Positions 37,251-51,087 of a stretch of 64,000 nt of DNA are shown in pieces. The stretch is from Vicugna vicugna (Eukaryota). How positions within the stretch are numbered: the stretch's first letter is position 1; each line of letters starts with the position of its first letter. The notes under the pieces were generated by a model that searched no databases, had not been told where the DNA came from, and saw only the letters and a list, made by a program, of their open reading frames with translations. A program made the translations under genes and the position numbers. The stretch is taken from positions 1,070,057-1,134,056 of the forward strand of contig MU057930.1 in the NCBI GenBank assembly GCA_013265495.1. The letters are read 5' to 3'.

Positions 37251-38114
37251 ATATTCAGATTTTAGTTGGTTCGTGATTCTGCTGTACAATACAATATGTG
37301 CAAGATACTCCCCGTTTGGCTAGTTTTTATTTTGGAAATTCGTAAGCACCTCGGTAGACCACATTTTCTCTGAGAGGAGTCTCATTGGCCCGATCCACAG
37401 CAGAGCAATTTAGCATCCTAAATGGAAACCTGTCAGGCTGCCCTTGGGAGTTAATATAAAATGACTGGACCTTTTTTTTTTCTTTTCTTTTTGGCCAGGC
37501 ATCCCTTTTTTAGAGCAACTGCTCTTGCTAGAATGAAACTATCCCCCCGAAAGGTGACACACTCACAGTGGACGTACGGGTGACTAAGTACTTAGGTGCC
37601 CCCAACAACAGGGTCTACTAGTGACTCACAGAACCATCCCTTTGCTCTGTAACTACGGTTTTATTTTCCTGAACTGGCTTAACTAATGGGAGAAAATGAT
37701 TTCTGAATCTGAGCAAGAATGATTTAAAAAAAAAAAGAACAATCCACCAATAAAAATTAGGCACTCCAACACATTGGTGCCAAAACTCCATACAACTGAT
37801 TGAGCTAACTCACCGATTAGTGGCTTCAAGTAATCCTTTCAGTGGCAAAAAATACAGTCGCCTGATTGTAAGTAAAATAAATCAGGCTGTCAATAGTTCC
37901 ATTAGGAACAGGCTCATGGGTGGTAAATAAAGGGGTGGTTGAGCTCATTAAGCAAATATTTATTAGAAGATTGTAGAACATTGTGCATAGTCCAAGAATA
38001 GTCACTGAGTTTCAGGAAGCACCAGAATCAAGACGTGGGGAGATGGATGCTTCAAAACATGGGTGAAGGCAGGGTGACATTTCCCGGAGAAGCAGCAGGT
38101 GCACGCCTGCAGGA

Positions 38115-38335
38115 TGCTATGGACGGAATGTCTGCATCCCCTCCGAGTTCACATGTTGACACCCTCACCGGTAACGGGCTGGCGTTAGGAGGTGGTACCT
38201 GCCCAGGTGGTCTGCAAACCAAGAAGAGGACCCTCAGCAGGAAGCAAGTGAGCCAGGACCTTGCTCTCCAATGCCCAGCCTCCAGAACGGTGAGAACTAC
38301 ATTTCTGTTCTTTAAGTCACCCAGACTGTGGCACA
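38115..38335 (+). mobile_element. MaLR LTR (MLT1A-like), internally deleted
   Basis: tgctatggacggaatgtctgcatcccc..ttcacatgttga start; cagcctccagaacggtgagaa..atttctgttctttaagtcaccc end. Confidence 0.85.
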
Positions 38336-40579
38336 CCCCAAAAGTGAGTGTCCTCCAGTCGGCTCGGAGAACTGAATGTTTGGGACGTTGCGTTACGTGT
38401 CCAAGGGGACGCTTCCTAATGCCAAGCACATAGCAGACGTCACTCATAATCCGTCCCCCACACTTGTCTGAATTCAGACTTCATCCAAGTACGCCTTCGG
38501 GGTCTTTCCCGGGGGACCGAGTGTTACTGATTCCTCTTCAGCCCTGATTGGATTTTCAGCTACAGAATAAGTCCTTTCCTCAGAGTCATCGCGATGGCCA
38601 GTGTTACGCGTCAAGGAGGCTACGGCTGAAAGATTCCGAATAGTCTCCGGTTTCCCATCCAAACACTAACCAAGGTGCCGCCATGATGGCCTCTGGTAGG
38701 ATGTGATCAACGTCCATCATCCGGTTTTGACATTTATGTCATCAACATCATTTATGTAAGGAAAGAAATGCAGCAGCTGAGAGAGAGAGAGAGATGCAGT
38801 TCCAGGTAGGAAGGGGACAGACAGCCTGACAAGGGAGGTGCTTTCTGGATAAAGATCGAAGGAATGAAGGGGCCATTCCAGTGGGACCGAGTCTTTCCAG
38901 ACGGGAGATTAAAAAGCAGTGGTGGTGTAGCTAGAACACAAGTGGGCATTGTGAGCCTTTGGGGGTCCCAGAAGTAGAAGCTTCCTTGGTGAAGGAAGCG
39001 AGGAAGGGATCGGTCAAGTTACAGCCAAGATCATCGTGATTGAAGGCAACCAAGAATGGAAGCTGGCCTCTGACATCCCTCTGGGTTGGAATTCCCGTCC
39101 CCTGAGTCCCCAGATTGACTGTAGCCTGAATTCCAGCTGGGATACATGCTGGACGACAGCCAGCACTCCAACCTTTCACTTCTCATGCATCTAAGGCTGT
39201 TAAAATGACTCGCTGTCTTGGTGGCGCCATCTTGGTGGCATCACTCTGTCCTTCGGTGGTGCTCCAACTGCAGTCCTCATGCCTAAAATGACTCTTTAAA
39301 ATATTCTCAGTAGTACAGTCACGTTTCTCCTCTCCTAAAGTCACGTGCCTGATTCCCATGCTCATGAAACAGAACATGAGTCCCAGATCCCCAGGGCCAC
39401 AGGCTTGTGCTTCTGCAAAGTTGGCTGTTCCTAGAGACTTCATCGATGTTCCTAAATAATGCGACTGTTTTCACTGCCCCAAACACACCGTCCTTCAGCA
39501 GATGGGGTTCTTCCCAACCTGGATGGCCCCGTGCTTTCAAAATGTGCACAGTAGAATTTTTCTAATTTTTTGCTTCAACCCTAGTTCACCTGCCGCCTCT
39601 TCCAGGCAGCCTTCCAGAGTCTCGAGTAGGCTGAATCACTCTTTCCTCATTCCTCTCTCTGTGTGTGCGTCTGCTCTGGGACTGTGAGGTGATGGGGCTG
39701 TTTTATCTGTGTTTCCCTTCTAGTGGGCTGGATTCTATTAGATTTTTTTTCCCCTTTTCTTTCTGGATTGAATTTTGTATGGGAAGGGAAAGAGGGAAAG
39801 AAGGAGGGAGGCAGGGAGTGGTGGGAAAGAAGGGAACCAAGTGGACGTTTTCTTTCAAGGGAGCAGAAGCGCCATTTCGAGGAAAAGGAAGTCATCACCG
39901 ATCACACGCTGTAAATTAAAATGGTTATTACGGCACCATCTTGCCTAGCAGAAATGACCCAAAACACACGCGGAGTCGGTACTAGTTGACTAGTTACCGC
40001 ATCCGGCATCACTCACATTTACAGTTTGGGTAAGTGATCACGGCCAGCTAGCATCTAGGATATTATCTCTCAGCACACGCCCCGTGGTCGCTCCAAAGGG
40101 AAAAGAGTTTCCTCTTGATTTTATTTATTTATTTATTTATTTTTTTGGTGATTCCTCGGCTTCCCACAAATCTCCGTCACCATCCTTTCTTAGAGCCCAG
40201 GTTGCCACTTCCAAGCTCTTCCCGTCTCCTCTTTGGAGACTTGTATCTCCCAGTTTAGCTCCGCAAGACGCACCCCACCATCTCCGAAACCCTTTGGTGT
40301 GAGATTTTGCTCCTGAATCCGCTTACGCTGGTGAAACAAGCTAATGAATTCCTGGGGAAGTGAATTAAACACTTACACAGGAATTTTTATTAGAAGGTTT
40401 TATAACAAGCTCCACAAATCACTGTTATTATGGGCCATTTACTGGGGCGCAGAAATAGCTCCGTGATATAGAAATGGGTCTTGTAATGCCATCTATTCAA
40501 ATCATGCTGGGGGTAATATTTTGTTTCCATATAATTTCTCTCGTTGGGATACATTTTATTTGCTTTATGAATGTAAAAT

Positions 40580-40995
40580 GAGGAAGCGTGAGTGGCAAAG
40601 AGCACGGACTTTTAAAGTCCACGGACCAAGTTCAATCCTGAGTTTCCCTTTAGTGGATGATAAAACTGTTTGAGACTAAATCTCTGAGTTCTAGTTATTG
40701 CGTCTATAAGAAAGAGGGTGGGAAGGGATAGACTGGGATTTCAAAATTGTAGAACAGATAAACAAGATTACACTGCATAGCACAGGGAAATATATACAAA
40801 ATGTTATGATAACACACAGAGAAAGTGACAATGAGTGTGTATATGTCCATGAATGACTGAAAAATTGTGCTGAACGCTGGAATTTGACACAACACTGTAA
40901 GATGATTATAAATCAATAAAAATGTTTAAAAAAAAAAGAAAGGGGAGCTCTGCTGGTTATGTCAGACAACTCATGTGAACATTAAAAGAGATAGG
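40580..40995 (+). mobile_element. MIR fragment split by an L1 insertion
   Basis: agagcacggactttta..agttcaatcctg..tctctgag..tctataa | ..tgtgaacattaaaagagata. Confidence 0.55.
40712..40937 (+). mobile_element. Young camelid-type L1 3' tail
   Basis: Closely similar to the reverse complement of ~3440-3660; aagaaag(a/g)gg flanks (TSD-like). Confidence 0.95.
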
Positions 40996-41779
40996 ATTAT
41001 ACAGTCTCGATCACCCCGTTCTCCTCAGTCCTCCTCCTTGTGTTCCCTAAATAGAAACTTCATAATAACGGGGCAATTTTCATCCACTCTACGCACAACC
41101 AGCATCATAACGTCGCTTGCTGAGCCCCCTTGGAGCCGCCGGGGGCGCCCCCGGCTCTGATTGCAGTTTTCATTCCTCAGGAACACATTCTTGCTCCTTT
41201 TCTAAGTTCAACTTTGTAAACAAACACTACCTGATTACCCCTGCACATTTTCTTTTTGAAATTTAAATCCCCATCAAACCAGTCGTGGCTTCCCACCCTT
41301 GACTTCTCTTAAGAAATAGGTTTTATCATCAGTGGGTGTAAGGAAGATAATTTGATAACTGATCTTTGCCAATGATTTGGTTTTTTCTTTTCCCCTCATT
41401 TTTTTTAGTTGAAGCCTAACTGACAAGGTCTCGGGCGTACAGCAGAATGACTGCTACACACAAGCATATATAAATCTGGTCTCTTTCACATTCTTTTCCA
41501 TTCTAGTTTATTCAAACAACCTGTTTTTTATTTTATACATGTTTCTCTGTGGGCTTCCTGTTTTTCTACCTTATTCATCGCTTCCCTAATTTATACAGCT
41601 GCTTTCCTTCCATTAGTTTTAGATCTAAATTCATCGTCTTGTTTCCTAAGACAAACAGGAAACATATTTCTTTTCTAACATGTGCACGTAACGCTGTAAA
41701 ACTCCCCTTAAGCAAGACTTTTCACCGCACTTGTTTCAATAAGCTGTATTTTTTTCCCCATGTGTTATCCAGCACTGCG

Positions 41780-42760
41780 TCATTTAATTCCCAGTGATTT
41801 GGAAATTCCTCTTCTATCTTAGCGCTACTCAGTTCACATTTAGTTCCCTGTGGGCTGCGAACACGTTTTGTGTGATTTCTATTCCCCGACTCTTGGCGAA
41901 GTTGTGATTTATCCTCCACGAGTGTGTTCCGCCCTGGGACGCGCTCCGTGTGAGCGCGGGAAGGCTGCGTGTCCCGTCCTGGCTGGGCGGAGTGTGTGCG
42001 CCCTAAGTGCCAGGACATCGACTCGGTCGATCGCGCTGCCCAGCTCAGCTATGACCTTCCTGGTCCTTCTGCCCGCTGGACCCACCACTTGTTGACGAAG
42101 GTACGTGGGACTTGGCGACCAGAACACTGCATTTTTCTCTTCCCACTGTCAGTTCAGTAAGTTTCCACTCTGTGTGCTTTTATACGCTGGTGTTTGGCGG
42201 ATTCATATTTGGGACTGATGAGAATTCGTGGAGAACTGTCCCTTTTAACATTTTCTTATCCTCAGTAATTCTACTCGCTCTAAAGTCTGACTTGTCTGAA
42301 AATAATGTCTGTTTTGACATTGATGGCTACGATTACCGTGAGCATGGTCTAGCGGTCTTCATTTTAACCTCTCTGACTTTACACTTAAAATGGGTTTCTT
42401 TTAGACAACACACATGTGTCCTTTAAAAGAAAATTAAGTACCCTGTTACAACCTCTGTGTTTTCATCACTGTATTTAAAACATTAATGTTCAGAGGAATT
42501 ATTTATACAGTTGGATGAATATCTGTTAGGAACCACTTCCATTGTCGTTTTTGTTTGTTTCCCTCATTTTCAGCCTTCTCTGTTTTAGTTTCAGGATTTT
42601 AAATAATTTCACTTTGTGTCATCTCTGAACATGTAAATTGTACCCTAATTCTTCCCTGGGCATTGTCAACATACATTTTTATCTAACGTAACTCCCTCTT
42701 CAAACACCACTATCCTGTTTCACGAGTCGTGCAAATTACAGGAAAGGCTGGGCTACCAGC
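41780..42760 (-). mobile_element. Ancient L1M ORF2 5' (endonuclease) region, locally GC-shifted
   Basis: gctctaaagtctgacttgtctgaaaataat; ttaaaatgggtttcttttagacaaca; acaacctctgtgtttt..gtattt match the reverse-strand L1M ORF2 start. Confidence 0.75.
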
Positions 42761-43289
42761 TTCTGCACAAAAAAGAGTTTTAACACCGATAAAGTCCAAT
42801 TGATGAACTCCTTGTTTTATGAGTGCTTTTGGGTCAATTTTGCCTGACTTTAGAACTTCACGATTTTTCCCTACTTTTTTCTTTAAAAAAAAAAAAGATA
42901 CTTTTGTGCTTTCCATTTAAGTTACTGATTTTGAGTTAATTTATTCCCCAGGGGCACAGGATGTCATTTTATTTGGAATCTACATTTTCTGTCAATTCTT
43001 TAAAAACATAAACATGATTATTAAGATACTATAGTTTTAAGACACCTTGTGAAATAAAATCAACTGTTCTTCTTTTTTAAAAAATGTGTCAGAATTTTTA
43101 TTTAGAATTCACTATCGAAAGGAAATTGGATGTGAATGAGTTTTAGAAGGGTGGGACGCCTTTTGGAGACTTTTTTTAACTCATCTCTTTTTATAGAGAG
43201 GGACAGTGTTGCCTTGGGGTAACTTAAGTATCTTTTCTATTCAAATCACTATTGTAGGTGATGTTAGCTATATGGACTTTGTGTGGCGT

Positions 43290-43775
43290 TCTTTTTTTTT
43301 TTTATTGATACAGTTGATTTACAATGTTGTGTAAGTATTAGCTATTATTATTGTTACTTTTGTTTTTAATTTTATATTTGTTTTGGTGTGAATAGATGTG
43401 TAAGTGCACCGTACAGTACTGTTACCTACAGATGCAATATTGTGCATCACAGTTCCTGTGACTTACTCAATCGTGCGTAAATCAAATATTATACATGCCA
43501 ATTAGGAAAGCCCTTTACCTGCCCTACCTCCAGGCCCCTGGCAACCACCACTGTACACTTTGTGTCTATGAATCTATTTTGGAAACTTAGAGACGTGGAA
43601 CCGAGCAGTAGCGTCTGTCTTTCTGGGACTGACGCATTTCACACAGCACGACCCCCTCAGGGTTCAGCCATGGTGTTTTCTGTTACAGGATTTCCTTCCT
43701 TTTTAGGTGGAATAATGTTCTGTTGAAGCACAGACCACTTTTTTTTTTTTAATCCATTCATCCGCTGATGGTGTT
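43290..43775 (-). mobile_element. L1MB-type 3' end with short younger L1 tail at 43290-43340
   Basis: ggcccctggcaaccaccactgtacactttgtgtctatgaat; aatccattcatccgctgatgg. Confidence 0.8.
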
Positions 43776-44439
43776 GATTTTGTCAGAGCATCTTGCTTGT
43801 TTAATTATTTCTTACGTATTGCATTTATTTTATTTTATTTCCCTAGCTTCATGAGCTGTTTCTGAGTCCACTTAGGAGATCTTTCCTGGGTCTAAAGAAT
43901 ACATTGTGATATTTATCTCACAGCTTCATTTACACTCCTTCAATGTCCTTTCGATTTCCACTTTAAATTACTGAGTTTAGAATCCAGACAAAACGGTGTT
44001 CAGGTAGACTATATTTCCCATTTGCTATTTTATTATGTTAGACTTAGTAAACCTGGTTCGCATGCGGCGACTATATTAAAAGGCACCGTGGACTAGAGCG
44101 TGGTCAGTTCATGTAATATGTGTTTATTTACAGGGTATAAAAAAAGATCCTTACATCATGTTATTTAATTATGCTTGTCAGTATCTCTGCATCCTGCCTG
44201 AGCCTTTGACCTTTGGCTACTTAAGTATTACTGTGAATTCTGAATCTCTCCTCATAATGATTTGAACTTTAAAACTTCAGACCTTTTAGTTATTTCCAGC
44301 TTTTTCATAAATCAGCATAAACTATTTCCTCTTCATCTGTATGATCTCTTTTCATCTCAGATTCCATTTCTCTTATTCTAATGTTAAACCAATTTCCTCT
44401 TGAAAGAATTATCTAGGCGAGAGATGCGTCGATATATGT

Positions 44440-44850
44440 ATTTATGTGTGTATCTTCTTTCTGTGTATCTGTCTATCCATTATCCATCCATCCATCTTAT
44501 CTATCTATATCTATCTGTCTATCCATCCTATCTATCCATCCATCCATCCAATCTGTCCGTCTTTTAATCTATCCAACCTGTCTGTCCATCCATCCAATCT
44601 ATCAATCTATCTATCCATCCATCCAGTGTATCTATCCATCCAATCTATCCATCCATCTAATCTAATCTATCTGTCTATCTATCCATCCATCCATCCAGTT
44701 AACCAGTTTCTATCTGTCTATCTATCCATGCATCCATCCACCCATCTTATCTATCCATCCATTCATCGTATCTATCCATCCATCCATCTATCCATCCATC
44801 CATCCACCTACCTACCTACCTATCAATAGTTATAGATAGCTATCTATAAT
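44440..44850. repeat. (ATCC/ATCT)n tract
   Basis: Directly visible. Confidence 0.95.
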
Positions 44851-44861
44851 GTGCATATTCT

Positions 44862-45329
44862 GGACTACCTCAGAGTTATTTATGGTTTGGTTCCAGACCA
44901 TCACAATAGAGCGGATATTGCAATAAGCTATTTACACAAATGTTTTGGTTTCCCGGTGCAGTCAAAGGTTACGTTTATACTGTACTGTCATCTGTTAAGT
45001 GTGCAATAATGGCATTATGTCTACCAACAATGCACACACATGAATTAAAAAAAAATTGCTAAAAAATGGTAACCACCCTCAGAGCCTTCAGCGAATCACA
45101 TTGCTGACATCCACGATGAGTGATCGCAGACACCATCACAAATGTAGTCATAGTGAAAAAGCCTGAAATACTGGGAGAATTGCCAGAATGTGACACAGAG
45201 ACACAGAGTGAGCAAATACTACTGGGAAAATGGAGCCAACAGACCTGCGTGGCTCAGCGTCGCCACAAACCTTCAGTTTCTAAAAAAACACAGTATCTGT
45301 GCAGTGTAATAAAATGAGGTCCGCCGGTA
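44862..45329 (-). mobile_element. Non-autonomous Tigger1 deletion derivative with both ends (Tigger1a_Art-like)
   Basis: The left side resembles the reverse complement of the Tigger1 right end (tacctcagag..ttggttccagacca); the right side resembles the reverse complement of the left end (gccacaaaccttcagttt..aataaaatgaggt). Confidence 0.85.
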
Positions 45330-45944
45330 AATAAATCCGCTGTATAATTTTGCCTCAGGCATGTCTTTCACACGTGGCACACATCTGAACACAATTTGTT
45401 ACCCCAAATACGGATACACTGAACATACATAAAAATATTGATTACAGAAGATGACATTACAATTTAAAAATACCTGTTCACCCAAAGATAATTTCAAATA
45501 AAAAGACAACCTGTTTTTCAGTGGAAGTACGTACTGAAAACACATATGACTGAACAAAATCTGTCCCCTCAGAATGTAAAAAAGAAAGTAAACGGATTTT
45601 TATTAAATATATTTTTTGATGTAGGTCCCTGGTGTAGAAATCACAGCTGTAAGTTCAGATTAGATCTTTCCTGTTTATGCAAAAATGTACAAAATCTGGG
45701 CAACATTTTAAAAATTAAGTTTCTAAGATTACTTCGCTGTCACTGAGTAGTCACTGTTGGCTTTTTAGCAAAATGTTTGGACATGGTCAACTTTTAAGAA
45801 AGGTAACTTATCTGTTATAGAGTCATAGTCACCATTTGCTTTAACTGGTTAGTCCCCAGAGTCCTAACGCAGCCATGGCAGGGAAGGACTTTTATCATAT
45901 TTATCCTGACCGTTTGCCTGAATTAAATGCCTCTCAATGAAATG

Positions 45945-47135
45945 TTTTCATTAATTCGATAACATTCAAAGAGCAATGTCTATATTCTAGGCATTTTTTT
46001 TGTAGCTGTTAGGGATACATCAGAGGAGGGGAAAAAAATGACAAAGACCCCTGCATGTATAGGAATTACTCTGGAGTTAGTAGACACAGATGGCATAATA
46101 AAGGCATTATCTCATATTTTAGAAGGCGATGAGAGTTGTGGAAACATACAGATACAGCAGGGTATGAATGATGAGAAATGTTAGGAGGGGGTTGGGGAGG
46201 GTACAGCTCTGTGGTAGAGCACGTGCTTAGCATGCACGAGGTCCTGGGTCCAATGCCCAGGTCCTCTGTTGAAAAAAAAAAGAGAGACAAGAAATATTAG
46301 GATGGGGAGGTATCACATTTTAAGCGGAATGATCAGTGCAGGACTCTGTGAAAATGCGATGTTGGAGCAGACACTTTAGAAGAGGAAGTTAAGTATGATT
46401 CCATTTACAGGGGTGATACTTCAGGAAAAACGATTATTTGGGGTGAAGCCCCTGAGGTGTAAATCTCGCAGGCGTATTGGAGTCATAGCTGGCAGGTCCG
46501 TGTGGCTGCGTGGAGTGGCTGGTAACACACAGTTCATGCAGAGAAGGGACAGCTGACATCAGACCCTCTGGCCATTCGGAGGACTTCGGCTGTTCCTCTG
46601 CATGAAACGTGAGCCATCGCAGCATTCGTGAGACTGAAGGAGCACAGACGGCTTCTGTTTTCCCAAGACTGACCCTAGGCACTGTGTTGAGAGGAAAAAG
46701 AGGAAAGATTGAAGAGAGAGAGGCCAGTTGGGTTGATGCTGCAAACAGGTTGGAACCGATGGCTGGTTCTTCCAAAGGAAAGCAAGAAGGGAGGCGGGGT
46801 CTCTCCTGGGTATGTGTTTGAGGTGTGGGCGAGGGGAGGCAGTGCACAGAAGAAAAAAAGGGATGAACAAAGGCCCCGAGGGTTTGGGCTGAGCCAGGGA
46901 TATAAGGGGATGAGAAAGCGTAGAAACAGGGCAGGCGTGAAGAGGAGAGAAGCTTTGATTTTTTTTTTTTGCTATGTTGAGTGTAGGACGTCCACTGGGC
47001 AACCAAATGGAGATACGGAGGAGACAGCTGGACTGACAGCTTGGATCTGACAAGGGAGCTCTAAATGGGGGAGAAATCAGCATGCACACGTCTATTTAAA
47101 GACGTGATACTTGGCTGAGATCACGGAGTAAGGGA
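45945..47135 (-). mobile_element. L2 3' portion, interrupted by a SINE
   Basis: ttctaggcat..gggatacatcag..gacaaagacccctgc; tttgctatgttgagt..caaatggagat..cagctggact; ttggctgagatcac. Confidence 0.75.
46192..46289 (+). mobile_element. tRNA-Ala(AGC)-derived SINE (vic-1-like) with TSD
   Basis: ggggagggtacagctctgtggtagagcacgtgcttagcatgcacgaggtcctggg + A tail; TSD agaaat(g/a)ttagga(g/t)gggg at 46174-46191 and 46290-46307. Confidence 0.95.
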
Positions 47136-48104
47136 AGAAAACTAGAAAAAGAAGGGGAGGAAACCAAAAGCAAAGTGCAATACAGAGACTATAACCTCCT
47201 GGGCACTGTCCACGCTTCTTCTGGTCGCTGATAATCTATGGATACAGAGCAGCGCTGGCACAGGTTGGCAACCGCGTAAATCCTTGTTCAATCAACGTGA
47301 AGCAGACCCACTTGAGGCTGGTCAGTAATCAGGGTATAATGATTGCTGACTCCTTCAGATTTAAAAACGCGGAACAAGGAATCGTGCCAAGGACTATGTC
47401 GGTCGCTGTGAGGTCAGAATCAGCCAGCAAACCTGAGGGTCGAAAGGCATCGGGAAGTCTAGCCAGTGCATCCACATTTTATTGTATTCTTTTGTCTCCC
47501 ACAAATGCAAGCGTGAGCTCTTCTCTCCCGTAGGTTAAAGGAAAATGTGCCTTTTACTGCCACACATGCTAGGGCCCTTCATGACTTTGGACCATTCTTG
47601 AAGGTCATGCGCCTTTTAGTTGAGCCAAAGTGAAGAACCCATGGAAACATGGCTTGCAGCTCTCTGGGCTCGATAAAGAGCGTTTGTGAGAAACGCTGTC
47701 TGCAGGTGTAAAGTCTGAGGCAGACGTCGCACAGCCAGGACATCTATTCCAACCACGCATCCGTTAAATGTCCTGTTTACGCAGCCACCGGCGAACCCCC
47801 GCATCATGTTGCAAGGGGTGTGGACCCGCACAGCAAGGGGGGAGATCACAAATGATCCTGATGGTCGCACAGGAGGAAGTGCGCCTAACCCTCGGGGAAT
47901 CAAGGACGCAAAGGTTAAGAGTGCACAGCCTCCCCGAGCAAGACCGAACGTGTTAGGATTAAAATCCAGGTCCTCCTCAAGGCTTCAGCAGGCAGCTTGT
48001 CAGCACGGAATGTGCAGAGGGAAACTTTGTTGCAGAGGAAATGAGTGGCTGGTGGCAAGGACTGCAGATGGAGCTAGCAAGGAAGAGTCATCCTCTTGCA
48101 CACC

Positions 48105-48225
48105 AAGGACAACAGGGAGGAAGGAAAGGCGGAGAGGAGGGAGGGAGGGACGGAGGGAGAGACGGAGGGAGGAAGGAATGATGCAAGGAAGTTAAGAATG
48201 ACTGAAGGAAGGTAGGAAGGAAATC
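48105..48225. repeat. GA-rich (GGAA/GGAG)n low complexity
   Basis: Directly visible. Confidence 0.9.
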
Positions 48226-48399
48226 CCTCCTCCCATGCCCATGATTTCTGCATAATTACTAAAATATGTGAAATATTCATATGGTAGGAAACAAATAGAT
48301 GGGGGTTCCAAACTTATGATAATTTTAAACGTTAGCAACATTTACGAATAATCACTTACACTTGGATTATCCGAAGTCTGCACAAAATTGACTCAAAGA

Positions 48400-49810
48400 A
48401 AAGCATGACGTGGTATAACCCATCACCTCCGGTTAAATTAAACCCATGACCACAAGAATGGCCTTCACCAAAAGCAACGAACTAGACGGGGCCGGACCAA
48501 GAGTGGGAAGGCGTAATGAAGAAATATCTCTGACGAAATAAAGTTCTTCCGAAACAAAACAAAATATATATACAGACTCAGAAAACAGAGCTAACTTTAG
48601 CCTGATACCAGACTCTCATATATCTACCACACAGATAAAATCTGTGACATTATTTGTCAATAATGATGGGAAAAACCTAGGGGGAAACAGGGCTCTCCGT
48701 GTGACATAAATTCTACGTTATAACCATTAGTCCTGGGATCAGGAAGGAAGTGTCCCAGGACCGTTAGACTTTGATACGAGGAAATAGAGTATTCAAATAC
48801 ACTGCATACACACGCCAGTATTTTATGCCCCTCGTGGGCATGCACGAGTTAAATACAATTAAAATGTCACCTGCAGCAATCTCTTCCTATGAATTATGTC
48901 TCTTTTAAAGACTGTCTCTTCTACAACATTACCTTTCCAAAATCCTCTCACGTGTCATTGTTGGCGCATTCTAGTACATTCAAGGCAAATGAAATTTGAT
49001 ATAAAGGTGAATGAATCAATGAGTTGCTTCTAAAAAAGGCATAGTTTGGTGGACATAATACACAAAGTTGAGCATCCGGAAATACATGCGCAAAGTATAA
49101 AGCAAGGATGTGATGAAGGATTCCCTGAATTTGAATATCTTTAAAGGCAAACAGGTCATCACGTGGGAAGAAAAAGTGATTTCTACCAACTCTCTCTCTC
49201 TCGCCATCTAGCCAATGATCCATCAGTGGATAGACAGACGGTATGGATCAAATATTGCAAAGGAAAAAGGAAAATTAATACAATACCAGAAAAAAGCTTG
49301 TACATTTTTTGATTAAGTAATCTCAGAGTGATAAAGGTTTTCATTGCACTGACCTATATGATTTTTAAAGATAGATATACTAGACATGTTATGCCTCGCA
49401 TGGGAGGAACATACCATAGATAAAATCAAAAGATACAAGGAAGAGTAATTAGACTGATTTTTAAAATATGTAAACTAAAGTCCCACTGTAATATATACAT
49501 GTACAAATTAATAACAAACATACTAGGAACAAAAGGATCATATATGAAAATGGATCATTCAAAAAAAGATCAGACACCATGCTGCTTAATTTATGAAAAT
49601 ATATTAATCGGACCCGTATTAAGAGAAACGTAAATGACACTGAAAAGACGCACCCAATGGATTGGACAAGCCGGCAAAGATGGACAACACTCAGCAAATA
49701 GTGAGTGGGTGTTCAAACCCTCTCGTGTTAAATCTCTGTCCCACTGCTGAGTGTGGTGTCATGGTTCCCATCACAGTTGAAGACACACATGCGTTTGATC
49801 CAGTCATTCT
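48400..49810 (+). mobile_element. Highly degenerate ancient L1M ORF2 remnants
   Basis: A-rich, with scattered motifs (cctgataccagact; acataccatagataaaatcaaaaga; catgcgtttgatccagtcattct). Confidence 0.4.
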
Positions 49811-51087
49811 GTGTGTCCCAAAGTTTAGACTTAAAACCAAACGTCCTCACTCATCAAGTTTCTCTAAGGCAAGGAGATTAGCGCTCAACTCAGAACTGGT
49901 CTGAAAGGAAAACCATTCTCATTGGTGCATAAGAAACGTTTAAAAACAAAAAGTGCTCCCACGTGGAAACGCCTCGCCTAAGACAAGCCGCGCTTAACGG
50001 TCCGCATCTGGGTTTGAATGCTGACTCTGCGTCATTTCTCGTCTTGTATTTCAAAACGTTTCGTTGTTTCTGGCATGTCTGACTGCCCCCCTCCAATCAC
50101 AGTGGGCTTCCCTTTGTAGATACAGTGGGAACATCTATGTAGTGTTTCTGGTTATCCTGCACGGGAATTGGCCCTTAGTGGCCCAATGACTTGCCCTGTT
50201 CTGAACACGCTCAACATTGTTTAAACCCAGAGCCGGCAAACAGGCAGGCAGCTCGGACTTCTATTTTACTCTCATTCCGTCTCCAGCTGGGAAAGTTCGA
50301 AGTGCTGTTAAGCTCTAGAAATAGAAAGACAAATAGGATGCTGTTTTGTCGGCAGGAGACCATGATCGCCACAAATTCGGAGGTGACTCGGGCGGATGGA
50401 ACGAGGACCATCATCAGAACCAGGTGGAAATAGCGGCTCCAGTGATTTTTAAGCCACGTAATCTTGAATGTGGTCATCACTGTTGAGACCTACGTGTCTA
50501 GTCTCTGAGGTAAGAAACGCTGAGCTCTGAGACGTATTTATAAGGATTAAGCGAGACATGGTTTGCAGAGCATCTGTCCTCTTGTCTGACAGATGGTATG
50601 GACTCACCCAGCAACTTTTCTTTTAACCCAAAACACAACTGCTAAAATAAGATGGGTAGAAAGTTCCATCGGAGGAAGCAAGATGGTGTAGCTAACTGTG
50701 TAGGTGGCGGGGCGGTGTGTTAACCAGGCTTATTCAAATCACAAGTTTCCTAGCAAGAGCGCTATCGGAAATGGATGGAGTGGGCGCTGGAGCAGACGCA
50801 CACGGCAAGCTGATTTGGCAGGTCATGAGGAGGAGGCGGTGTGGTTTTGAACTGGTGATGACGGTGTAGGCCTGCAATGCCTTCTGTGACTCTATTTTAA
50901 AGAACTTTATGAGTTCTTCAAACTTTATGAGTCTAGAGGAATCAGTGACATGTCCCGGGGGGCTGGTGAAGGAAAACTCGGTGCATTAGAGTTTTGTTTT
51001 GTTTTTTATCTTTAAGAAAGATAAGTTCTTGGCAATGCGTTGAGTGATGAGATGGAAGTTGGAGAAAACACAGGTGAATGACCCATT

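Noticed and set aside
39223..39234. YY1-like motif (CAAGATGGCGCC on - strand)
   Set aside because: Single short motif, common in old LTR remnants, with no supporting promoter context.
46192..46268. Functional tRNA-Ala(AGC) gene
   Set aside because: A-rich tail, TSD, altered A box (ctcTgtgg) and B box (gtccaat), and a poor acceptor stem indicate a SINE. The other tRNA-like copies are more degenerate.
46434..47089. 190-aa and 176-aa minus-strand ORFs
   Set aside because: They lie in a decayed L2 element and show no recognisable domain.
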